Assembly (NCBI GenBank): GCA_009103225.1
Contig: RHPI01002438.1
Location: 62,001-126,000 of the forward strand
DNA: 64,000 bases
Reading direction: 5' to 3'
Source of the DNA: Chlorokybus atmophyticus
Lineage: Eukaryota > Plantae > Mesostigma and Chlorokybus algae
Positions 39,592 through 53,019 of the stretch are shown here, piece after piece. Each line of letters opens with the position of its first letter. The stretch's first letter is position 1. Under the pieces are notes generated by a model. That model saw only the letters and a list, made by a program, of their open reading frames with translations. It had not been told where the DNA came from and did no database searches. The translations under genes were made by a program, and so were the position numbers.

Positions 39592-42500
39592 GTGGAATTT
39601 TAGCATATAGCTGGCATGTTAATGCATTTGGTTGCTTGCCCACATTGCCATACTGCGAGGGCACACGAGTTCTTGCCTAGATGTCTTGTTGCTGTCCTAC
39701 ATTGTTGCGATGGCTGGCGCATGTGGTTTGAGCACTACAACCGAAACATAAAGGACATCAACGCTCCATCCATGGTTAGGCCATGAGTGCTAGTGTATGC
39801 GGTCTGTCTGCCGGTTAAGAGGGAGTTGCCGTCCCTGATTGAATTGTATGAGGTCTCAGCATATAGCTAAACGGTACTTATGCCTTGTGCCTGCGCAGCG
39901 TTGCCAATGTTGGCGCCACGGCAATTGCGACAGAGTATGCCATGCGAATATGGGGTGAAGTGGGATTGGGCGCGGTTACGATTGCCATGACGGTAAGCGG
40001 CCATGGTGACTTTGTGAAGTGGTTGTGTTGTACTGCCAATGCAAAGGTTATTTATATGTAACTTTTTTGTAGGTGGTAACGGTGTTATTCACTGAGATCA
40101 CACCCAAAAGCATCGCTGTACACAATGCTATTCCAATAGCACGAGCAGTATTACAGCCCATCGCAGCACTTTCTGTAATATTGTATCCGGTTGGCCGTGC
40201 CTGTACATTGATATGCTCCGGAGTCTTAGCATTACTAGGGCTCGGGAACCATGCGTAAGTACATTTGGTACTCTTACACGCTCGCATGCTCCCACATCTC
40301 ATACTGCGGTGACACTCCAGCATCTCGTGTGTCTTGCAGTGAACCGTTTGTCACAGAAGATGAACTCAAGTTAATTATTAGCGGGGCGGAAAGTAGTGGC
40401 GCGATTGAAGAAGAAGAACAGGTATGCTCCCGTGGATAGCCAAGTTTTCTGATATACAGCGATGCTGAAACCGGTTTGGTTGGTTTTTGCAGGACATGAT
40501 TGAAAATGTGCTCGATCTCGAGGAGAAGCAAGTCAAGGAGATAATGACACCGTTGGTGGATGTTGTCGCGGTTGATGGGGGTTCCAAGTTGCTAGAGCTG
40601 CTTCGGTTGTGGCGAGAACATCAGTACTCAAGGTCTGGGAGTGTAGGGGGTCGTTAGTTGGGCTTGTTTGAGCCAGCACTGCTGACGATGCTGTGCGTCG
40701 CACAGGGTGCCTGTGTATGAGGGTCGGGTGGATAATGTGGTGGGCATTGCGTACACAATGGACATGTTGGACTACCTTGAAGAGGTACGCTGCAATGATG
40801 GTTAGCGCGTGTGCGAAAGTGCGCGTCCTGGATGGAGACATACTGCTGTGTGTGTATGTGTTAACTTACATGGTGTTGTGCAGCCCGAACTGCTTGAGCA
40901 CATCACAGTGTCAAAGGCCATGTCAAGAAATCCCGCATTCTTTGTGCCTGGTAAGTGCAGCCTTCTTCGGCATGGTTGACGTGGTTGTGTCCAAACGGGA
41001 GTCTGAACACCCTGCATCTGTCAGATTCCATGACGGTTTGGAATTTGCTGCGTGAGTTTCGCATTCGTAAGGTGCACATGGCAGTTGTGGTCAACGAGTA
41101 TGGCGGCACAGCTGGGGTAAGCAACAATTGGCTTGCAAAAAGGTTGTCAGCATTGCTGGCCTGTTGCATGCTCTGTACTGCAGCTGCTCAACCTGTTATG
41201 CCTGTGCTACCCAGATTGTGACACTTGAGGATGTAGTGGAAGAGATCGTTGGTGAAATCTATGACGAAACAGACACCAAGGTAGGCTTGGACCTAACAAC
41301 ATCAGCAAGTCGCATTGGCATTGTGCACGGTCAACGGTACTCCTCTTTATGCAGGAGGAGATTGCTCGCAAAACAGGGTCAATTGTCAGGAGAGAGGAAG
41401 GCATGTGGCAGATTGATGCACACATGTCAATGGAGGATGCTGCAGATGCTTTGGAGATTGAGTTTCCCGAGGGGGAGTACGAGACTATGGCGGGCTACAT
41501 CTTCCATACATTTGGGTACATCCCGAGGTCTGGTGAAAGCATTGTGGTGCTGTTGCCAAAACGCATAGAAGACAAGTTTGAGAGCGCCACGAAGCAGGCC
41601 TTGCAGATTCGCATGACCGTGGTTAATGGCACTGCTAGAAAGGTACAGCTGCAACTTGCACATTCTCTGCGTAACAATCGTTGCAAACAGCCTCTGCACG
41701 TTAGGTGCAAGCGTCATGCTGGCTCCATGCTTAGAGTGTGACTCTGCCTCAAGCTAATCACTGGGTGAACAGGTGCGGTCTGTGCTGCTAGAGGTCTTGG
41801 GCGTCTGCGAAGGTACTGGTTGTGAAGTAGACGTGAATGGATTAGCCCGGGCGGAGAAACTGGCAGATGGGCAGCCTCGCGGCTACTCCACGGACGTGGA
41901 TGATGAAGACAATGCTGTTTACGGCTTTGAAGAAGGTAGTCTTTAGTTGTTGCACAGGGGTTGTGCACTTTGTCGACCGGAGTCTGGCCTCAGTAGTGCT
42001 AATCGTGGGTTATACACAGACGGACGGACAGCAGATGTTGCCATGGCTTCCGAGATTATGCGAAACTCTATCTCGTTAGGTGAGTACGTGCTATGTGTGA
42101 TACAGCACTATCAGAGCGGTTTATCACAATGGGACTGATTTGTGAGTCGCATAACAGGAACACTAGATGCCAACTCCCCTGCCATGTATGTGCCTGAAAG
42201 AGCCCGCTCAGCGTCCCCAAGCACGTCAGGTGATGAGAGTCCATCATCAGGGAATGGGAGGTCGATCTCACCGCAATTGCTAGTAGGCAAGCCCATTGCA
42301 CGAGGTGCTGCCGCTGCACAGTGGGATGCGCTTGCTGAAGAGCGGCGCTCTGAAGAGGAGTATAGAAAAGAAAAACGGAGAGAAGGGTGAGCGGTCGACA
42401 GCGATGTTTCGCCTTGGAATCCACATTATGCAACTGGTGCATTTGTTGCTTGGCACATGCGCATGTCTCTGTGGTATGCACACACTCATAGGCCTCTTGT

Positions 42501-42705
42501 TTGCGTGGACACTTACTACAGCTGTGCATCCAGGCATAATGTCAGTCAGAGGCATAGAATTCTGGAAGAAGCACGCGCTGCCGCTGCTGCCAAGCGAGAA
42601 GCTATGGCACAGATGGAGGCTGCATCAGCTGGGGAAGTGGTACACTCAAATCTTGCACTACCTGGCGATGCTCCCGGTGCTAACCATGCAAGGACAGAAC
42701 GGTAA
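38239..42705 (+). CDS. Plastid DUF21/CNNM-CBS-CorC Mg2+ transporter (MGR8/MGR9-like), multi-exon; 3' end approximate
   Basis: Transit peptide; SALCSMSETSITTLWPWKVRELAE; FTEITPKSIAVHNA; EPFVTEDELKL..SGAIEEEEQDMIENVL; HQYSRVPVYE.RVDNVVGIAY; FREFRIRKVHMAVV.NEYGGT.GIVTLEDVVEEIVGEIYDETD; YET.AGYI...FGYIPR.GES. Confidence 0.93.
39499..39590 (+). repeat. About 90-nt poly-G tract containing an N, intronic
   Basis: Directly visible; the ambiguous base indicates low assembly confidence. Confidence 0.9.
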
Positions 42706-43022
42706 ATGACGGATATGCCGGGTTAGTAGGGTGTATGTCTATGTACGTCTATATTTGGGGAAACACCATGGTGTTCTCAAGTCGCTGAGCTGCAAATGTT
42801 GGTCTTAAAAGCATGCCATATGTACTGTTGCGAACCCAAGCTGACTATGCATGCCCAGGCAGTGCTTGCGCGCATAATGGAATGTATTATCGGGCACACT
42901 TGTGTTACCCAAGGACTAAAAGTTTCTACTACTATACTGAGCTAACTACCTAGTCCAACACAACAGCATACTGAATACTGCATTGCAAGAATATTGTCCT
43001 GTGACCAATGGCCTATCGCACT

Positions 43023-46000
43023 TTATGCATAGGACAACAGCTGCAAGCTGGTTGGTTGAGCGTTGTACAGGCATGTAGCGTCAGCAGATGCGAAGAGTTC
43101 CATGTCGAAGTCGTTGTAAGGTGCAGCTCCGTTGAATTGGTGCACTTCCACTGCAATCGTCTGTGGCCCATCAGCGCGAAGGAGGGTGCCAGCGACCTTG
43201 TATGATGAGAAGACGGTTGGAGTACGTGTCGCTATCGCTGGAGTGTTATAACCCACAGGTCCAGAGGGCATGTTGATCCGGAGTGCTTCCAGGCCATTGA
43301 CGTATATGATCTGGATGGCATCATGAAATCAGTGCGTGCTGCAAGTGCATGCACTGCTGTGTATTCATTGCTGGGGTGAATCTCATGCTTACCGCGCCGT
43401 CTTCAAACCGCGTGTTGATGGTGAGCGTGTGGTAGCATGCTGTTCTTGTCATGGTGAACGTTTTTCGGAAGTAGGCAGTCTTTGGGTGCTGGATGAGAGT
43501 CTGCGACGAGGTTGGCACCTTGCCGTAAAACCCAAGTGGTGAAGGGCCCGCCTTCCATGCGCTGTCGTCATACGTAGGCATCGTCCACAAGCCAGCAGGT
43601 GGGATGAGGTAGTCGTCACTGTACTTCCACACGCCATCTGTCTTAAACAGGCTCAGTGGTGCGGTTGTTGTCACGCAGCGTCGCGGGTCGCTGCATGCGC
43701 CGGTCACCGCCAGCGCCTTCAGGCTGGCTTCCAAGCCCATGTTGTTATACTGTGATCCCTTGTGCACCTCCACAGCCAGCCTGTTGACGCCGGTCTGCAC
43801 AGTAAAGTGTGCTCTTTAGCCATGCTGCTGCACACACACCATTTGACATTCGCATGTGCATTGTTCATACCTTGAGTGCGACGGAAGGAAATGTTGCATT
43901 CGCCATGGTGATGTTGGGAGTGTTGAAGGTGGGATTGTTGATCTGCGCCCATGTGGTGTACGAGATGGCAATGTCAGATGGCATGTTCCACCTCACCAGC
44001 TCCACTCCGTTGATGTACACCACAGCGCCTGACTGCTCGACACAGGAAGCAGGGGAATGGTCAGCAATGACAGTTTGTTCAGTTGCACTGAGGTGAGCGC
44101 ATATTTGTTCTGTTTGTTGCCAACAAACCTGCAGCAGCAGGGACAAGTCCAAAGAGGTGATTGCGGAGGCATCAGCAACGTTGAAGTCGTAAACAAAGTA
44201 GCCTGTCGGTGTGTACTGTTGGTTGTTGGCAGCTGACCGAATTAGTGGTGTGATCTGCGTGGCTGCGGGGTACACTGCGGGGACGCTGCAAATCGGGGCT
44301 ATCCCGCTCAACCATGTTGAGACATCGAAGCTGCAAACATATTGCACAAGTGTCAGGTGCGAGCCATAAGGGTTGACATATATTTGCTGCCAGCAGAGTT
44401 CCATATGCCACACACCTTGGAAGCTTCCATGTGGAGTCAGTATCGACATTGATCTGTGAGTACTTCCATGTGGCCTGGAGCGGTGTGAATGTCACAGGCT
44501 GTGTGGCTGCAACTTGTGCACATGAACCCTGCAATAGCAACATCGAGTTAGGACACAATAGAATGGTATGACATCACAGGTGGCTATTCACGACCAAATG
44601 CGAGGCAGGCACACGTACCTGGTAGCAAACAAAGCCAGAGGCGCAGTTGAGCTGGGGACTGCCGTTGCTCGATGGGTTGTCGATGTTTCCATCGCAGTCA
44701 TCGTCAATGCCGTTGCACACCTCCTCCTTTGCCACAACGCTGCATGGCCCGAACATCCCCCCCATGCATGTCTGCACACCAGTGCTGCATCCGGCCTTGC
44801 ACGTCTTGGTCAATGGAATGGTTTTGCCAGGGACATTGTCAACGTAGCCTGGTGCATGCAACAATTAGACCGAGTGCGCTATCTGGCAACCAGCATGACA
44901 CATTACTGTACCACATGTTGTGTCATCAAGTCCTCACCATCGAAGTCGTTGTCATAGCCATCGCAGGTCTCGATCAACCAGTCTTGCAGGTTGTTGATGA
45001 CGGGTGTGGGTGGCACTTTGTTGGCGTCCTTCACGTAGAAGAACACAACGGTCTTTGTAGAGGTAACCAGTGTGGGCGGCCTGACCATCAGTTTGGAGAT
45101 GCCTGTGTTGGGGTTTTCAGCTGGGTTTACGCTCAGAGCAAGTGGGGTGGGGTCCGTTGTCGCGGTCTCGAAGACTGCATTGCTTGGAGAGAGTATCTTT
45201 GCGACGAGCGTGACTGCAGGGGAGCCTTGCGTCAACAGGGCCGTCTTGCCATCGGTGGAGATGGTGACTGAGGCTTGCGTGTGGAACATTGACACAATGT
45301 CGAGCGGGGTGTTGGAAGTCACCTGCAAAGGTTGGCACACAGGTTTACCCAACTTGTTGAAGCGTTCAACTGAGCTGAAAGCAACAGGTGGGAGTGGTTG
45401 CGATGCATTACCTCATCTTGGATCAGCAGCCTGGGTGTGCTGAAGCCTACATCCTTGATCAGCGCAATGCCACGTCGCACTTTTGTCGCCAATGGGTAAG
45501 CATTGGTCAAGTCCATTACCACGTGCGAGCGGTCGGGCGTGGAGTAGATGGGGTTCAAGTTGGTTGTCACAGCCAGAGGCTGCAAGTAAGTTCCCAGGTG
45601 AGTCATTGAGCATTTGCATGTCAACGTTGTTGTGAACACTTCACAGACGATCATGTGTCTCATACCTGGCTGGCAAAGTAGAGTGGTGTCTGCTTGGTCG
45701 TGTTCATGGACATCGTGTTGTGCGACTCCGTGCGAGTGCGATAGAACCTGAAGCGGTTCTTGTTGAAGTACCCGGGGATCTGGTAGTTGTCGGTGCCCAT
45801 GTCAATGAGGAAGCGCTGGCCCATCACCTCATAGACAAATGTGCCCAAGTCCAGGTGCTGCGTCACACAAGCTACTTTCAGACAAGAAACCTTCTTGCTG
45901 CGCATGCGAACAGATCTTTATTTCATGCACACGTCTTGTGTAGGGGCTACTCACGTGATGGCCACCACCAGCGTTTGGCGTGGAGCCAGCCTTCATGCAG

Positions 46001-48379
46001 GTCCAGGCTGCCTGGGGGTCCACCCAGTCCGTCCTCAAGCACGACACGTCAATCTGATAACCCTGGAAGCGCTTGTCGGTCGGTGGCATGTTGACCGGGA
46101 GCACTCCTGCGATTGCACTCAAATTACACTGTGATCACTTCTGCACAGCCAAGGAGCACTCGTATGTGAGTGCATGTGCATGGGTATGCAGCTACGAGGC
46201 TTGCCTGTGTATGCACTTGGAGTTGCCCAGATGATTCGCTGTACGCCACCGGTTTCACCCAACGAAGCCTCCCAGGCAGAGAGGTAAGGATCATTCCACC
46301 GGCGCGAAATGTAGTAGCACAGCTGCAACAATCCCAGCAAGTAAGTCTCATGTATTCACACACGCACGCATGCAAGGTTGTTTGCAGCGATGTTGTTGGC
46401 TGCATGGTCCGCAGTGTGTACCTGTGCGGAGAGGGCAGTGGCTTCGGAATCAGCAAAGTTGTACTGGATGTTGCTGGGACCCATAATGTGGAAGCGGAAC
46501 ATGCACAGGTCACGCAGGTGCGGCTGCATCGCGAGGTTGTAATCGGTGCCCATCCCCGTCTCCATGGAGCTGAGGATGTAGGAGATGCTGTACCCCGTAA
46601 ACGACAGGTACGTCGGGCCCTCGAAGTGTCCTCCGCTCGGGGCGTACAATGCTAGGGCTCTTGGCAACTGCGGCAACGCTACGTCCAGAATCTGCACGCA
46701 AGTGTTGCGTTGAGTCGAGATCCACATATGGGTTCCCAACCACGCCATCGAGTTGACTTACTTGTCCGCAGAGCGTGGCATCGCGATCAGCGAAGCTGAT
46801 GGCGGCGAGGATGAAGCCGGCGATGCTGTTGACCCTGATGTTGGTCTCCACGTATGTAAGGCTGGCCAGATTGCTGTTGTTCAGACCCGGCAGGAACCCG
46901 TTGGTCTTTACAGCGTTCCACACGATGTCGCGCTCCGCCGGCGTCATCTTCGCGTACAGCCAGTCGTAGCCAATGGCTGCCGCCATCAGATACTGCGACA
47001 ATTCCAAGTACCCTGCCACATCAAGCAGTCATTGTCAACGTTGTTGTTGTAACTGTCGTGTCCCATGCGTGCACTCAGGCTGCATGTGTGCCGTTCCATG
47101 CCAGGTGCGTTCTAGGTGTATAACCGTGCAACAGTGGCAACACCAACCTGGGTCAACGTTCCCAGCAGTGTTCCACACGTTAGGCGTGAGGGAGGCGATG
47201 TAAAGGAGGTCATTCTTGGCGAAGGTGGTGCGGTTGGCGGCCTGGTCGAGGAGGGCCATGCCGGCCACGAGGGTGATGCGGTCGAGGAGCCCGCGGGAGC
47301 CCAGCGTGGTGGCGCTGTCCGGGTTGGTCATCGTCGCGTCGGCGGATTGCGCGGTGCTCTTGAAGAAGCGCGGCGCCAGCCCTGTTGCGGCGGCCACATT
47401 GGCCCGCACCTGAGTAACTATCGCCGGCGTCACCATCAGTCGCGGCCTCATTGTTGACTTCACCTTGCTCACTGCATTCGTAAAGTCGATCTGGCCCTGC
47501 ACAGCCCATTCACCCAAACGGTCGCGAGTGAGTTACAATCACAATGTGATCGGCAGCCGCCGTGCGCTTTAATCATCGTTGTTGTTACTGTTGTTGTGGT
47601 GTTTGTGGATGCTGTTCTGTGCTTCGCTGCGTGTTGTGTCTGTGTCCGGAAAGTGCCGCTTACCAGGCTCAGCGGTGTGGGAGGGGGAGGCGGGGGTGCA
47701 AAGCATGGTGCAGGAGTAGTCGGGATGAAGCACCGGTCCGCGACGGTGTAGTTCTTGTTGGCGGCGGGAGCATTCAGTGTCACCGTCGCGCCGCACTTGG
47801 TGGACACGCCGGCGCACATGTCCGACGCCCGGTAGGGCTTGACAGTACAGTTTGCAAGCACCTGTGCACGTGCTGAGTGTTGGACACACGCACATGCGCA
47901 CACACAGACACGCGCATCCACCCACCCACGCACATACGCACGCACGCACGCACACGGAACATCTCCGTCCCAACAAGTCTTACCTTGCCCTTGGCTGCTT
48001 CGGACTCCACCGACACCACGCCCGCACTCCACACGCCCGTGACATCCGTCTTGGGGTACCGTTGGACGGCAATGGAGCCTGCATTACAAGAATGTTAAAC
48101 AGCTACACAGCTTGACCAGTACTCCGCGTGCTTGTGCACTACACAGTTTAACTTGCTCACAACAGCACTGTACGCGCGCTCACCGTCATTGTACACGCAG
48201 GTGACAAGCATCGTGGCGTCCATCATTAGACGGTCCTGCGCGTTGCCGTACGCGCCGTTGTTGCAGGCGTCGCAGTACACGCGGCCGCTGAGCATGGGTG
48301 ACACGTACTGCGCCCGCGCCGACCCCGCCAGAGCCAAGAGCAACACTGAAGCCAGCGCAACCAATCGCATCGTTGCCAT
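43023..48379 (-). CDS. Secreted mosaic protein: signal peptide + Pollen Ole e1-like domain + Pro linker + heparinase II/III-like polysaccharide lyase + 2 MopE-like (ExCDGxDNDCDG) repeats + 2 bacterial-type beta-sandwich domains; about 15 exons
   Basis: MATMRLVALASVLLLALAGSARAQ; SGRVYCDAC; AAAIGYDWLY, GGHFEGPTYLSF, YNFADS, CLRTDW, HLDLGTFVY..GQRFLID.G.DNY, YRTRTESHNT; ETCDGYDNDFDG and EVCNGIDDDCDGNID; WKY...W....DDS.W..G..PLG..YFRKTF...DGAV.YVNG.E..R.NMP...AVEVHQ twice. Confidence 0.85.
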
Positions 48380-51300
48380 GGCTGCGGCTGCGCTCCAGCC
48401 CTTGAACACTGCAATAGACACAGAACTTTACTGTCTGCTGTGTTGTTCCATTAGAGGGATAGTATTACACCACAGTCTAGAGTACACAACAGGACAGGCT
48501 ATTATGCAATGCTTCTCATGGTGCGTGACGTATATTTGCGGTTACACTCGCTCTCACCTTGAGTGTGGCGGTATAACCAGTGTGTGCTTGCGTGGAAGGA
48601 AGGTTGCCAAAGTCACACACGCGTAGGATCAGCAGTGTAGTGGCCGCCCGCGATCAGCAAAGAAAGAATGGGTACAGTAGAATGGCCGAAGAATGCTAAT
48701 GTTTTTTGGGAAGAATGGTATTGAGTACACGAGAAAGAATAAAGAATGACGTATGCGGTACGCTATGTGGTATGGTACGCACGCGGTCGCGCAATGAATG
48801 TTATACAACCAAGCAAAGAATAATGGCAGCACAGGCCACCTGCTTGCAACAGCAGCAGCAGCCTGTGGCCTGCTATTGCTTCTCCTTGCCTCTACTCCCC
48901 CCAGTCCTGCCATCACTCCTACACAAGGTGCCTTATATACTGTCATGCTTTCTGTGCTAGGCCCCCGGCCTGGTCTGGCCTGGTCTGGTCTGGTCCAGCC
49001 CTAACCGCCTGGCCGGTACAGTCAAACAACAACAAAATCCACGCTTAGCTTAGCTCAGGCTAGCAAGCGGCTGTGAATCAGCCGCCTGTGCAGTGCTCCG
49101 CCGCCGCCGCCCTCTTGTCTCCAACGTTGACTTCTCCCTCCTTAAGCCACACTGTAACGGCCCCAACAAGCGACGAGATGAATCTTCATCGCGCAGTAAT
49201 TGATATGTGCAACACTTATGGTGTCACAACAAAGATTTCCTTAACGGGAGCCCCGTTACGGGGCCCAAAGTCGTTTTCTCGAGGAATATCATAACTCTCC
49301 GTTTCTGCGGGCGTTTCTACGGGTTAAGGTCTTCAACGCAATAACTCCCATCATTGCTGCGAGAACGAAAGAGTTGGAGAATTTTGCCAATGTTGTCAAA
49401 GAGGTCAAAAGTCCCCGTATGTCACTTATCTGGTCGCGACAACAGCGACCTCACGTGATCAATCAAGGTCTTGCTCACGTGAGGTGTTGTTGTTTACGTT
49501 TATGAGGTGAGTTTGGTACGGTTTGCCGCAATGCTAGCAGATGGACCGTGATCCTGCGGTCGCCAAGGGTCGCGCTAGCTTGACCATCAGGTCAACTTCT
49601 CGGTTCGCACTTCTGCTGGGATGCGCGCATGTGTGGTTACAGCAAGTCAATCACATTTTTGAGGGGGCGGAGTTAGCCAGGGTTTGACCGCGACCACGGT
49701 TAGTTACTTGGACGGCCGCTCGCGTGAGGAAGCCCAGGCCTCTGACATACAGGTTTGACGCCGCTGCCAACCTCTCCTGACAAATCACTTGAGCTGAAGT
49801 TGGCTTTATTGCAGGCCGTGGCTTTGTCAAGTCAATGCTGAGCAAGGTGTTCGACGTGGTGACGCCGGCATGATACGTACTACTTGTACGACGTGCGTGA
49901 GACATGTCAGTATGCTCTTGGCGGGGCAATCCTTCTTGGAGTTCAAAAGCATCATATGCTCTCCTTGGAGATCAAGCGCGCCACTGTGCCATAAGCGCGA
50001 CTCCATCACATCAAGCTAATTACGCCACGGGCATCACACGGCGTGATGCAAGGCGTGATTCACGCCTTGCATCATGCCCGTGCCGCTCTGTCAATGATAC
50101 ATTGCTCACACACATGCTTGCGTTTTTCGGCTGTTGACCATGTTTGATGACGCAGTAACTATAGCGTGTAATCAATTAGCGTTAAAGGGTAGAGTGGATT
50201 AGTTAGAACGAGGGTGAGTAGTGGCGGCATGTCTTTGGGGTATGGGACCTGCCCCGACCTCGTACCGCCAAAAACGCGGCCGTTTTAACCACTAATTGTG
50301 CCGCAATTGCACCAAATCCCTAGCAGTTTTTGGTCGCCGTTGGTAGGCGGTTGCCGCTGAGATATTTTTCAGCATCTTTTAAGCATCTTTGCAATGATTG
50401 GTTATTTCGCTGCCTTTTTGAGCAACTGGCTGTTGTCACCGTTGCGATCCCATTTGATCAATCTCATACGTGAGCAAATGGTGGCCTAACGATGCAATTT
50501 TTCGTTTAGTTGAATCTTAACGTTAAGGTAATTCAGGTTAGCATTATGTTGATGGTCGTAACCTCGGCATTATTTACGTAGTATCGCAGCACGTACCGTG
50601 GCGTGAACGTTACGTTGATTATTAAGTTTTGAAACACTTAACAGCATTTGCTAATATCGCACCATGTTGCACCATATCGCCGCATATGTTATCATATCGC
50701 AACATTTTGCTACACATCAGAGATATTGTGCATGTGGATTTGCACCTTTGCACGCCCTCATTGCTGGACTCAAAACTCAAAACTCAAAAACATCCCCAAG
50801 TTATGGCACTTGACCATGGTACTTAATGTATTATCTTAATACATGTGGGACATGTTCAGATCATATAAGCCATGTGAAACCATATGCCGCTAAATGTGCA
50901 CTATATTCTCCTCATGTTTTGCAATATATATTATATGTATATACATTATATATAATATATATATATAATGTGTAAAAGATCACATGTAACATATATATTA
51001 TGCATATACAATTGTATATATAAAGTGTATAATGCTATGTATCATTTTATGATATATATGTATATCTTTTATTTATATATAATGTAATGTATGTATGATA
51101 TAAAATTACCCATATATAAGTGCGTATGTATCATATAAATTTTGCACTTATGATACATATATATATTTTATTGCTATAAAATACAATGCATGAATATATA
51201 TATTATATGTAGTCATAATTGCATATAGTTATCAGGAACATCATAAATAAAGTATATATAGTTCGCATATATTTTGAGCAGTTGCATGACATGGGGATGA

Positions 51301-52449
51301 GCTTTGGACGGTCGAGACTTGTGTTGACAGATTGAACAGCCGATAGCTAATGATTGCCGCCTAGCCAATGAGAGGCAGGCGGGCCGCGCATACCGCGCAG
51401 CCCGGCAGTCGCGGGTGCCGTATGTCACTGATGGCCTGATGGTGTGTGTCTTGTGCCTGATGCCGGCCGGCCGGCCGGCCCAATCACACGCCCAATCAGC
51501 CGCACCGCTCGTTGTAAGCAGTGCATACTTTCGCGGGTAAGCATATTCTGTTATGAGCCAATATGTGTGTGAGACGTTTGATGATCTCATCCTTTACGCC
51601 GCTGGCAAGGGGATAACGAGATTGGTTAGCAAAAGTGGATAATAATTCGGCGCGATTTAATCACGTCGTCATGGATTATTGTTGCTGTAGCAACATGCTG
51701 TTGGTGTTATAAAAACTCCTCGTTTTAATTATAAAGATGTAGATGTTGTTAATAATGTTAAGCAAGAAATGTATGATGTATACATGTAACATACGCTTTG
51801 TACTTGCGTATTACAAATACTTCATCTTAACATAACATACGCAAAGTTTGCCACTAATTCAGACGGTGTTATATGAGTTCACAAATGTGTCGCAGCAGCT
51901 TTCGGCTTTATCATAAACCCAAAGCGCGCACCTGATATAGGCTATCATGTCTTATACATCAACGCCACCTCATGTGCCATTGATGTATAAGACATGCATA
52001 TGTCTCATGTATCATCACTTGTCTGTAGTGAAAATAAGTGATGATAAAAATGTCACGTTAACATCTGCATTCTGATTCACAGTGTACTACTCATTATATT
52101 ACAAGGTGGCGCCAATGCAATGCCATGTGTGTTTGCTCAAACATTGAGGCAAGCCCAAGCCCATGGTATGTGTTAGCACAAAATCCTGCACACATGTAAA
52201 CACATACGCGCTCAACACGCACACGTGCACGCGCGCACGCTCATGCACACACGTTTATACTGTATCCATCAGCCTTGTCTATATGGGCATGCAAGATCAG
52301 GGTGTAGTGCATCATGAACGCGGAGTACGTAAGTTAAATCAAAAACTGTATCCATCACCGTTAGTATGTTGCATCATTACCTGCCCCATAAGAGCCAAGG
52401 AGGCGGGAAAGTAAACCTTGCCAGCATCACGCAAACAGCTGTAAACATG

Positions 52450-52870
52450 TTCAATTGATGAAGAGGGCCGCATAATCGCTGTGACACAAGTTTATCCCAT
52501 CTACTATCAACTCTCCTCCACATGAGTATACCATGATTAACACCGCACACATCATCAGCATATCACTAAAACCACACTCTCTGGGCCCCATTATTCGAAA
52601 GACAAAAATTGCGTGGATGGACCTGGTAGTTACCGATGGAGGCTTCATCAGTAAGCTAACGCTCTTGAGATTTGGGACGAAAAGATACTAGACAAGGTTG
52701 TTAAGTGGTCGTGCCAACCACACATTGCAATCTTTGCGCCCGAGGTAGCGCAGCAGCAGGTCGTGTTCTTTGCCCTGTTTGTACACTTTTGAACGCTGCT
52801 GCTGCAATGTACCAATATACCATTTAAGGTGTTTGCTATCGGCTGATGCGTGTTGCCTGCTAGCTCTATA
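52450..52870 (+). mobile_element. Possible highly decayed Penelope-like RT fragment
   Basis: Broken frames give VYPIYY, AWMDLVV, LEIWDEK, QPH...QVVF, loosely in the order of the PLE IYP / LDL / YDK / PH..S segment; similarity is weak. Confidence 0.25.
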
Positions 52871-53019
52871 CCTTGTATCACCTTAGACCCCAGCCTCCCC
52901 ACCCCCATCCACCCGGTGGGTGGGGTTGGGGGGGAGAGCTGGCGGGCCGCCAACCCATCTCCGGCCAGTCACCCACCCACCCACCCACCCACCCACAATC
53001 AATCAGGTACCACCAGTGG

